Shown piece by piece: positions 13,601 to 32,543 of a stretch of 64,000 nucleotides of DNA. The notes below the pieces were generated by a model, which saw nothing but the letters and a program-made list of their open reading frames with translations, did no database searches and was not told the DNA's origin. Numbering within the stretch: the stretch's first letter is position 1; each line of letters starts with the position of its first letter. The stretch comes from Macrostomum hystrix. Lineage: Eukaryota; Animalia; Platyhelminthes. A program made the translations under genes and the position numbers. The stretch is taken from the NCBI GenBank assembly GCA_950097015.1, contig CATNEN010000039.1, positions 3,348,001 to 3,412,000 of the forward strand, in the 5' to 3' direction.

Positions 13601-15376
13601 TTGGCTAGTGACAGGTGTGATTTGGCCAGTGACAGGTGTGATTTGGCCAGTGACATGTGTGATTTGGCTAGTGACATGCGTGATTTGGCTAGTGACATGC
13701 GTGATTTGGCCAGTGACAGGTGTGATTTGGCTAGTGACATGCGTGACTTGGCTAGTGACAAGCGTGATTTGGCCAGTGACAGGTGTGATTTGGCTAGTAC
13801 CAGGTGTGATTTGGCTAGTGACAGGTGTGATTTGGCTAGTACCAGGTGTGATTTGGCTAGTGACAGGTGTGATTTGGCCAGTGACAGGTGTGATTTGGCT
13901 AGTAACAGGTGTGATTTGGCCAGTGACAGGTGTGATTTGGCCAGTGACATGCGTGATTTGGCTAGTGACATGCGTGATTTGGCTAGTGACAGGTGTGATT
14001 TGGCCAGTGACAGGTGTGATTTGGCTAGTAACAGGTGTGATTTGGCTAGTGACAGGTGTGATTTGGCCAGTGACAGGTGTGATTTGGCCAGTAATAGATG
14101 TAAATGAGTGGAATAAATGACGCAGTTCAAAAGACGCGCACCTTGTTTAGCGTACCGATGGACTCGTGGCGCAAGTTCAAAAGCGGCGGTCACCGACGCC
14201 GTCGCGACTCAGACGACTCTGACAACGATAATGGGGACAGTGGTGGCGATCCGGAGGTGGCGGCGCCGGCTGGCAACGGCGACGGTGACAGTCGGGGCGG
14301 CCTGCGCAGCAGCCAGTCGGACAGGTCGTTGGGCTCCACCGCCAGCAAGTCGGATTCAACGAACTCAGCCTGCGACGATGATGACGATAATAAGGCGGAC
14401 TTCTCGCCTAGCCGCGGCGGCGACACGGATCAGCGGCTGCCTGGACAGGTGACGGCGGTAAAGCCTGACAGAAATTGTGAATTTCGATACATATCGGATA
14501 GAAAGGGTGGGCAAAGTTAAGTTTTTTTAATTCGTTTTTACATAACATCGTTAATCAAAACACAAATGAAGTAATAAAGAATTGCTGAGATTAATAGATT
14601 AATAGCTCTTATTAACAGTAGAAAGACTACGCCATTTTCCCCTGGGGAGCGACCAATGGGCTATTTAAAATACCCGCTGGCTATTTCACGATGGCTCCCA
14701 AATCCACCCAAATGGAGGAAACTCCACCACATGGATCAAAATTTTCCGCCCTTTACGATGTACTAACTTTCAAAGCCGTCCGAGTCAGCATTGTCTAGAT
14801 ATTCAGAGATTCTGTCGAAGACCCTGGTGACAAGGACAAATAACATAGCTCTGTATGAACCTCTTTGGCGAATCCCTATGGTTTCAAAAGTGTATAAATT
14901 AACAAGAGTAATCAAAACAGTTTTGTCAACAATAGTAGCAGACATGCTTGATCTGTAAATCGCTTTGTCGATAACGAATCCACCTTTCTAACCATCCCAC
15001 CCACCAGACCTGCCTGTGGCGTCAGCGGCCTCGTCCAGCCGAATGCGAGAAGTACTTCAACTTCACAGCCTTCGCCATGTCGCTAAATGACGACACTGAC
15101 GCGGATTTAATGTCGCGCCTGCCGCCAACCGACAGCCGACGACGGCCGGATGTGCGCGCCCTGGAGAACGGCGACGCCGACCTCGCCCAGGCTGAGAAGG
15201 CCCGCCTCGAGGAACGCCAGCGTCAGGTGTTGAAGCAGCCAGGCGGCCTGGAGGCCCGGCGGCTGTGGTTCAAGCAGTGGCGCAATCCGCACTTGAGCGG
15301 CAAGGACAACAGCGACTGGCTGTTCAACGGCGAATACTGGGCGCGCGACTGGGCTCGCTGCGCCGACAGTTTCTGA
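10651..15376 (+). CDS. OSBPL2: Oxysterol-binding protein-related protein, ORD-only (ORP1S/ORP2-like), ~495 aa
   Basis: Exons 10651-10727, 11747-11957, 12046-12143 (GC donor), 12279-12543, 12615-12784, 14151-14448 and 15008-15376; all phases are compatible. Motifs: RTQLP, KNCIGKELTKITMPISFNEPLSFVQR, KPFNPLQGETYE, the OSBP fingerprint EQVSHHPP, and LPPTDSRRRPD...EKARLEERQR. OSBPL2 vs OSBPL1A orthology is unresolved. Confidence 0.9.
11225..11722. repeat. 26-bp minisatellite in OSBP intron 1
   Basis: Two interleaved variants: cagatcctcatgcttgactgtcatcc and cagatcctcatgcttcgctgtcctcc. Confidence 0.93.
12815..14095. repeat. 21-bp minisatellite, ~60 copies, in OSBP intron 5
   Basis: Unit gtgatttggctagtgacaggt. 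Confidence 0.96.
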
Positions 15377-16032
15377 AGAGGTCCACCGCTTTCAACGTTG
15401 GACGACGATGGCTTTGTTATAGATTTGCTATGCAGCGAAGACACAAAAAGTTCTCCAGATGTTTTATACTACTTGTGGCAGTAGAACTCGTGTCATTGTT
15501 AATAAAAAATCGTGAAGAGTCTAAAAAATCTAATCGCGTTTACCTACTGTTAGTAGTGCTAGTTTTGCTTTTTCGGTATTGCGGATTCTGTGTGTGTGTG
15601 ATGCTTGCCTATTTGGGCATTTGATCATTTTCTTAGGAATTGTTAGTCATGCTGTTAAAACACGACCTAGTTGACAAGGAGACTTTTCTCCAGCTCATTC
15701 GCATCTTTACTAATCAGGTTTATTTGTCGTCGCGGAATTTTAGATAGCCTTGCTAACCTCGCTTTCGTATATTGTTCTGTTAATTATTATTGGATGTACA
15801 ATGCATGAGTTTTGTTTTTTTAAACTGATTATAGAGCTATGTGATTATTTTGGAAACATTTTTAAGAGGCCTATTACCGAGAGCGATAGGAGTGACAGTT
15901 TGTGCTTAGAAATGATTTTTACAAATTTATACTGCACTCAAATTTTTTTGCCTTGACCGCATAGCTTGCGAATAAAAGCATGACCCGAACTCACATGGTA
16001 GGGCTTTGAGGATAAGACTGTAGTCTCGGTTT

Positions 16033-16892
16033 GAGTTCGACATGAGTATAGGACCTGAAAGTTCGACATGAGTATAGGACCTGAAGGTTCGACATGAGTA
16101 TAGGATCTGAAGGTTCGACGTGAGTATAGGATCTGGAGGTTTGACATGAGTATACGACCTGAAGGTTCGACATGAGTATAGGACCTGAAGGTTCGGCATG
16201 AGTATAGGATCTAGAGGTTCGACGTGGGTATAGGACCTGAAGGTTCGATAGGAGTATAGGACCTGAAGGTTCGACATGAGTATAGGATCTGGAGGTTTGA
16301 CATGAGTATAGGATCTGAAGGTTCGACATGAGTATAGGATCTGAAGGTTCGACATGAGTATAGGATCTGAAGGTTCGACATGAGTATAGGACCTGAAGGT
16401 TCGACGTGAGTATAGGACCTGAAGGTTCGACATGAGTATAGGACCTGAAGGTTCGACATGAGTATAGGACCTGAAGGTTCGACATGAGTATAGGACCTGA
16501 AGGTTCGGCATGAGTATAGGATCTGGAGGTTCGACAGGAGTATAGGATCTGGAGGTTTGACATGAGTATAGGATCTGAAGGTTCGACATGAGTATAGGAT
16601 CTGGAGGTTCGACATGAGAATAGGACCCGAAGGCTCGACATGAGTATAGGATCTGGAGGTTCGACATGAGTGTAGGATCTGGAGTTTCGACATGAGTATA
16701 GGACCTGAAGGTTCGACATGAGTATAGGACCTGAAGGTTCGACATGAGTATAGGATCTGGAGGTTCGACATGAGTATAGGATCTGAAGGTTCGACATGAG
16801 TATAGGATCTGGAGGTTCGACGTGGGTATAGGACCTGAAGGTTCGACGTGAGTATAGGATCTGAGGGTTCGACATGAGTATGAAACCTGAGG
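16033..16892. repeat. 26-bp minisatellite, ~33 copies, downstream of OSBP
   Basis: Unit gttcgacatgagtatagga(c/t)ctg(a/g)ag. Confidence 0.95.
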
Positions 16893-19800
16893 GTAGGGTT
16901 GGGCAGTCAAAAAATACATTTTTTGTATTCATTTGCCAAACATGATGGCGTCAATAGTATTTATACTCTGTAAACTCCGTATTTTTTTAAATTTCTTTTA
17001 TTGGCTCCGATAATTTACTGCTTCTCCTAACAATCAGCCTGCTTCCTGAGTTATTTTGCGCTAAATAAAATACTGCCGCTTTCTGTGGAGTTTTATTAAT
17101 GTTAGTTTACATCTCATCTGGTAAAAATATAAAGGCAGTGACATTGTATGGCTCTAGCAGGCTCACACTGATCGTTTTGCCTGCTATGCCATATTTTTTA
17201 ACTTTCATCTGTATTTTTATGTTTACATTGCATAAGGCACTACTAAGGTTTAAAAACTAATTCAGAAATGTTATTTTTATGCAAAGTGCCGTTTTATTAT
17301 CAAGGGGACCTAAAGATATATTTAATCTTATTAATGATTGGCAGTTTGCATTTCAAATTAAATTGTTAGTCCTAATAGCTGTAAGACTCAAATTTTAAGT
17401 TTAAGATGTTCATATTTATATAGTCTCACCTGAAGTCTTCATTATCGACCAAACTGTATTGTTTTATGCAGCGTACTTCTTGGGTTTACATACAATGCTT
17501 AACCACCTAAGGTAAAGATGTTACTATTTTGTTTTAATTATCTTGTTATGAAATTTACACTGTTCGTCAAACACTAATCTACTTTAATTTACTTCCTTTT
17601 ATCACATGTTGCAAGCCTTAATACGGCTCGTACTTTATTATGCATTATTTTACCGCGCAAGAATTTTATGTAGATGGTGTTGAAGTTTATTCTTAAATAC
17701 AAGTAACACGCTCTTTTCGTATAGATTAATTAAGCGAAATACTTCGCTTTCGATTGGTTCAGCTCCGATTATCATGTGCGTTTTTACAATCACGAAAGTA
17801 CGAGTAACTTCACAATATTCTTTAGTTCTCAAAAGCGTCTTTTTATACAACAGCGTGGGATAACTTGCTTGCGCAGTAAGCTAGCGCGTAAGACATCGCA
17901 TGTTGGGCGTTAATTTTACTATTTGCACTTATTACTTGCACTGATTCGTGTCATGCGAGCAATCGCAAAAAATGATTCGAACCGAAGAACATCAATGAAA
18001 TCAAAGCTCACAACGAGATACTAAAAACAAGCATTTATTACGATCACAATAGTGAATAGTAATTATCGTTTGTTCTTTGCTGCTAAGGATATGTATTAAA
18101 CAAATGTCATTCGTCAGCCATCTTTCTGCGTAGTTGAATATGATTCAAAACTGATTCGAGCGGCAGTGTCATAGCTACAAGGATACAATGATAAATGGGA
18201 CTGCTCAAACTGAGCACCAAAATGTGATTTATGCCAAATCATTCCCATTATCCACACATATACGTAATAACGTATCAACCCACGTATAACGCATATCCTT
18301 CGAATTGATCATTTACTAAGTTTACATGACTTGTTTTTAACACGGGTTCTGTGTGCTTAGAATATAAGACAGAGTCAAAAGCATTCAATTTTCGCCGTTG
18401 TACTTGAAAATAGATTTTGTGGTGCATGAAAGAAGAGCACATTTTGAGGCTGATTTTACTGGGTGAGCGCGTTCAATACTGACCTTACACTATGTAACCG
18501 CGTAACGACACTCAGGGTTCTAAGAAAGATATCGTTGTCACGTTCAGCACTGATTTAAAACGAGATACAAGAAAGAATACAATTTTGTATCTCCGCGTCA
18601 CTAGTGGAGCTTAGCGTGGCTTCAGGTATGGAAATCTGTTCATAAGTTATTCTAATAGATTGAAATAATCGCCCAAAAATAAATACGAATTCTTTAAAAA
18701 ATAATTAAACATGCTCCTAAAGACTTCAGTTAGAAGTATTTATACATTATATTCTATATTGTATAACTTTCTTGATTTCGACCAGTCATTTTTTATTCGC
18801 TTTCTTACCTGAACAGACTAATAAACTAAAACATTAAGTTCACCAGACCAAGACTCAACAGTGCCTTAGTACATATATTTATTCAATGAATAATGGCAGA
18901 AAATTTACTAATGAAATCTTCAGCCTTCTTATTTTATAGTCAAATAATAATGTTTCAATTTTAATTTTTTAAATTTATTCTAGGACATTAGTTTTCTTGA
19001 TTGTTTTGCATTATTTTATATCCATTTTATGTCCATTTCATTTTTTGTTGATAGATAAGATAAAAATCTGACCAAGTTAAAACCAAAACAACATTAGCTA
19101 GCTAGTCAGCCTTCTTTTTTTCTTTTTTAATCTGATGAATCAATCAGACAATCACTGATAAAAAAGATAGCTGTTGTACCTAATAAAATATTAGATTCTT
19201 TGACATTTATTAGGCCTAGCCTCCTAGCTTAGGCAATAGGGCATTTTGAAGGCTTTTAACTTTTTAATAACTTTTAATATGTAGCTATATATAGCCTAAT
19301 AAATATAATAAATACACAAAAAGACAAGTTAGAAATAAAACAGATTAGCAGCTTTACTTCTATCTTTTTAGACAGTTTTTCAGTTGTATTTATGCAATAT
19401 CGTTAAGCAAAGTGTAAATGTATTTGTAATTTGTAGTTGCTCTTCAGCTCATTGGATTTACCCTTTGGTAGCTGTTATTAGTCAGCAGTCAAATAAAAAG
19501 TGCCAAAACAAAAAACTAAAAAGACTTAGAAGTTTTGATCTGATCTGAAAGTTTTTAGTACTAGTAATATATATAGTTTTAGATAAGCCTAATAAAATGA
19601 AGGCTAAGGCACTAGTATTGGGGCATTGAAACAAAATGTCTTATTGTCTAAAAATATGTGGACACCCTGTCAAGTGCACAAGCATTAGATATCAAACAAC
19701 TGATAACATAGTACATATCAAAATTGTCTTAGCTATTTCTGCAAAACTAGTGTTTTTTTAATGCAGTATTTTTATACTCTTTTTCTCTTAAATCTATTAC

Positions 19801-20438
19801 CTAACTTATGTACCTAATATCTGTCTGTCTAAATTTATAGGCCTAGAATAAATAGTAAGCTAAAATAAAAATTCCATTGGTTTTTTATAATTTTCAATCC
19901 CTATATAGTTTTGTACGTAGTTTCATGATTTTAATGTGAATATATAATCTGCTGTTTGTTTTAGACAAGCATTAAGTCGTCTCTGATAATGGTGTGCCAC
20001 ACCTGATAGGTTTAATTATATGACGGATGTATATTTCGAAATAGCTAAGGCTTTAAAAAAACTTAAAAATATCTTGCAGTAACTAGCTCAAGAAAAGTCT
20101 GTACTCTATATGCGGTAAAAACGATTAGGTAATAAATCAGTGCATTTATACTTGCAATATTTCGCGAATTTTCTAATTGGCCAGTTTTGATTCGGTGCGA
20201 GGCGGCTTTAGACTGAGCAGCGAAGCCTGCCAATGGCAGTTGGACCGCCCTCTCCATCTTCCTATCCAGCCGATCCAGCGTAAATCGGCCCGCTGTCCAC
20301 ATTCAGGAGACCGTCGGCGCCGCTGTAGCCTGATTCTCCAACTTATTCATCAGCCCGCTTGCTTTCAATTCTGCGGCTTTGTCTGCACCTATTAAAAGCA
20401 TCTTCCATAGCAACTTAACCTCAGCAATCAGCATCCGC

Positions 20439-28203
<7,765 letters not shown>

Positions 28204-28496
28204 CATCCTCCCCAGTTTGTCGCCGTTGTTGATCGCCGAGCAGCTGCAACCTGATCTCCACTTCTCTTCTGTTTAGTTTGCCAAGTGTGAACAGCTTTAT
28301 CATTGGCGGTGTGTTTGCTTCAATTTCTATAGTTATTTATATTCAGTAGGCATCGCCAGCTAACAGTTGCAACGAATCCAAATTCATTACTCGCTGAGTT
28401 ACAGTCTCCTCAACTTAACTCCACATTATCCATGGCAGTGCCGATTGTAAGTTAGAAGTCGCCATTTGCATATTTTTGCGTATGATAAAAGTCAAC

Positions 28497-28800
28497 GATA
28501 TCCAATAAAAATCTGAAGATATCTAATACATATATGCAGTTATTCAATAAAAATCTGCAGATATCCAATACAAATCTGCAGATATCCAATACACATTTGC
28601 AGATATCCTATTCACATTTGCAGACATCCAATACAAATCTGCAGATATCTAATACATATATGCAGACATCCAATACAAATCTGCAGATATCCAATACTAA
28701 TCTGCATATATCCAATACAAATCTGCAGATATCCAATACAAATCTGCAGATATCCAATACAAATCTGCAGATATCCAATACAAATCTGCAGATATCCTAT
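28497..28800. repeat. 21-bp minisatellite downstream of the GNAO1 stop (likely 3' UTR)
   Basis: Unit aatacaaatctgcagatatcc. Confidence 0.9.
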
Positions 28801-29454
28801 TATAATATGCAAAACTGTCGACGGACAAATCCGCAGATATTGTTTACAAACTTTGTATTTAAAATCATGATTTGACGTTGCTTATCTGAGTCTTATTTTC
28901 CTTCGATCAGGTGTATGTATTGGTGAAACAATTTTTTATTAGGATTTTTTTATTTAACCAGCTAACAGGAGCGCATACTTGTTGTTTCTGTGCAACTTAT
29001 GTATTTCGTAATTATGTATTATGTATTTCGATTGTATTTGTGACACTTTTATTCAATATTAAATTTGATTCTAGTCTATTCTCTAATCTGCTCTTTCTTC
29101 GTGCCACCACCTACCTATTAGAACGCTCTGTAACAATCCAGGCAGGGCTTAAATGCAATGCATAAAGTCTCGAATTATCTGAATGTTTTATTCAGCGCGT
29201 GATTTTTTATACATCAAAACTAATTTATTTTTAGCGCCATTTTTGTTTTTGGCTATATGACTGTTGTGTCGTTTTCAGACGGCGCAATTTGTGTGGGTCA
29301 CGTGCTTTTCTAATCATGCACTTTTAGCGCTCGACTGCGCCCGAGTATTACGTAAACTAGCGCCCGCCTTCGACCTTGCGAGAGGCGCGAGCGAAATACA
29401 GGCTTTGATTCTTTTTGGCCACTTTCGTCTCCCACCCCTGCCTTCTCCGCCAGC

Positions 29455-30240
29455 GCTTCGACACCTCATTCCTTCACTGCCAGTGCTCTCGACACCCACC
29501 CCATTCCTTCACTGCCAGTGCCATCGACACCCACCCCATTCCTTCACTGCCAGTGCCCTCGACACCCACCCTTCCTTCACTGCCAGTGCCCTCGACACCC
29601 ACCCCATTCCTTCACTGCCAGTGCCCTCGACACCCACCCCATTCCTTCACTGCCAGTGCCCTCGACACCCACCCCATTCCTTCACTGCCAGAGCCCTCGA
29701 CACCCACCCCATTTCCTCTCTGCTGGTAGTGCTTGTGCCCCGACACCTTCTGTGCTAGTGCCTCGACACCCACCCCATTTCTTCTCTGCTGGTAGTGCTA
29801 GTGCCCCGACACCCACCCCATTCCTTCACTGCCAGTGCCCTCGACACCCACCCCATTCCTTCACTGCCAGAGCCCTCGACACCCACCCCATTTCCTCTCT
29901 GCTGGTAGTGCTTGTGCCCCGACACCTTCTGTGCTAGTGCCTCGACACCCACCCCATTTCTTCTCTGCTGGTAGTGCTAGTGCCCCGACACCCACCCCAT
30001 TCCTTCACTGCCAGTGCCCTCGACATCCACCCCATTCCTTCACTGCCAGAGCCCTCGACACCCACCCCATTTCCTCTCTGCTGGTAGTGCTTGTGCCCCG
30101 ACACCTTCTGTGCTAGTGCCCCGACACCCACCCCATTCCTCCACTGCCAGTGCCCCTAAACCCACTTCATTCCTTCACCGTCCACTCTATTTTGCCACTG
30201 CCAGTGCCACTACACCCACCCATTCCTCCACCGCCAGTCC
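29455..30240. repeat. 35-bp minisatellite with a 179-bp higher-order unit
   Basis: Monomer cactgccagtgccctcgacacccaccccattcctt. A longer block recurs at a 179-bp offset (ORFs 29755/29934 and 29835/30014). Confidence 0.88.
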
Positions 30241-31232
30241 CCAGCTCTAGCTCCGGCGCCTCTGAAGCCCACCCCATTCCTTTGCCTCTGGTTTGCCTAG
30301 TTTGTTTTTATCTGCAGGCATATTGGCCTTGATAGTCACGTGCATGATTTCAACATCCTGTTTGCGATCCCACATTAACCCCCAGACATATGTTTGCGTT
30401 TCACATCTTTGCACTTTTTCTTGAAGCGTTTATTTTTTAACAGAAATTAAACGAATTTTTGCTTCTTTTACGAAAGGACTGTTATTTTTTTACGTATTCT
30501 GCACGAATTTTTAGCTGTATCAGCATTCTATAATATTTTATTCTCGTGAGCTTTACAGTGTCAATACTTTTATATCGTATTTCGCAGCATTCTCTTTGCC
30601 GCTATTTAATCCCTGCAATCAAACAGGAGTCGTGTGCAAGAAAATATGTGCTCTTAAATACTCTAGTCAGTAATCACTTGGCTTGGCTATTAATTCTCTA
30701 ATGGTGAGACAGTACTGCTTCTCTCCCCCTGTCATATTTACCTCCCCGTCACTTTTCTTCCCTCGTGTCACATCTCTCCCTTTGTCAAATCCCCCGTCAT
30801 ACCTCATCTTCCCTCCTGTCACATATATTTTTTTTGCTGTATTTATTATTTAGTATTCACCTTCAAACTTAAATGATAACTTTTTTTGTGCACCTTTGAA
30901 GACTAGAAGTGAAATTAGAAAAAAAACACGCAGAAATTTAGTAAGTTGTCACTAAGGAATGAAGACTGTACTGCCATTTGTCCCCACTCTCTATTTTATC
31001 TGCAGTAAGTTGATTTGACTGATCTTTGCAATCTAGTAGCTTTATAGCTTTTATAGTGTGTTATCTGTAAATTTAATATTGGCATGCTTAGGTTTTTTGC
31101 TTCTTGTCGATTTGTGCTTTTTGGCAACTAAAAATGCACCCACTCGTGTTAAAGATTGCAGTTTTTGTGATAGTTAATAACTTTGCTGCTAGTGGGCTTT
31201 TTTGCTGCTTTTCTCAGCCGTCACAGTAATGT

Positions 31233-32007
31233 AATAACTTTGACAGGGCTGGAATAACTTTGACAGGGCTGGAATAACTTTGACAGGGCTGGAATAACTT
31301 TGACAGGGCTGGAATAACTTTGACAGGGCTGGAATAGCTTTGACAGGGCCGGAATAACTTTGACAGGGCTGGAATAGCTTTGACAGGGCTGGAATAACTT
31401 TGACAGGGCTGGAATAACTTTGACGGGGCTGGAATAGCTTTGACAGGGCTGGAATAGCTTTGACGGGGCTGGAATAACTTTGACAGGGCTGGAATAGCTT
31501 TGACGGGGCTGGAATGACTTTGACAGGGCTGGAATGACTTTGACAGGGCTGGAATAGCTTTGACGGGGCTGGAATAGCTTTGACGTGGCTGGAATGACTT
31601 TGACAGGGCTGGAATAACTTTGACAGGGCTGGAATGACTTTGACAGGGCTGGAATAGCTTTGACAGGGCTGGAATAGCTTTGAAAGGGCTGGAATAACTT
31701 TGACAGGGCTGGAATAGCTTTGACAGAGCTGGAATAGCTTTGACAGTGCTGGAATAGCTTTGACAGGGCTGGAATAACTTTGACAGGGCTGGAAAAGTTT
31801 TGACAGAGCTGGAATAGCTTTGACAGGGCTGGAATAGCTTTGACAGTGCTGGAATAGCTTTGACAGGGCTGGAATAGCTTTGACAGGGCTGGAATAGCTT
31901 TGACGGGGCTGGAATAGCTTTGACAGAGCTGGAATAGCTTTGACAGGGCTGGAATAGCTTTGAAAGGGCTGGAATAGCTTTGACAGGGCTGGAATAGTTT
32001 TGACAGG
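31233..32007. repeat. 20-bp minisatellite, ~38 copies
   Basis: Unit tgacagggctggaata(a/g)ctt. Confidence 0.95.
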
Positions 32008-32039
32008 TTACGCTAAATCCAAGGGAAAGTAAACGGGGA

Positions 32040-32503
32040 AGCTAATCTAAGATTGCCAGGGTAGTTAATCCAAGATTACCAAGGAAGATAATACAAGATT
32101 ACCAGGGTAGTTAATCCAAGATTACCAGAGCAGCTAATCCAAGGGTTGTTAATCCATTACCAGGCAGCTAATCCAAGGTCATGGTTGTTAATCCATTACC
32201 AGGGCAGCTTATTCAAGGTCACAGGGTTGTTAATCCATTACCAGGGCAGCTAATCCAAGGTCATTGTTGTTAATCCATTACCAGGGCAGCTAATCCAAGG
32301 TCATGGTTGTTAATCCATTACCAGGGCAGCTAATCCAAGGTCACAGGGTTTTTAATCCATTACCAGGGCAGCTAATCCAAGGTCATGGTTGTTAATCCAT
32401 TACCAGGGCAGCTTATTCAAGGTCACAGGGTTTTTAATCCATTACCAGGGCAGCTAATCCAAGGTCATTGTTGTTAATCCATTACCAGGGCAGCTAATCC
32501 AAG
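32040..32503. repeat. ~40-42-bp minisatellite just upstream of PTGR3
   Basis: Unit taatccattaccagggcagctaatccaaggtcatggttgt. Confidence 0.88.
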
Positions 32504-32543
32504 CTTCTAAACCGCACTTTCAGCGCTAGAGGCAAGTGCCAGC

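Noticed and set aside
12688-14193. Long repetitive ORFs (501/427/359 aa; LAKSHLS, ASDRCDL)
   Set aside because: Translations of a 21-bp intronic minisatellite; not in frame with the OSBP exons.
15927-16932. Minus-strand ORFs of 313-330 aa
   Set aside because: Translations of the 26-bp minisatellite.
17000-20150. Genes in the AT-rich stretch
   Set aside because: Only short ORFs with no motifs or consistent splice pattern.
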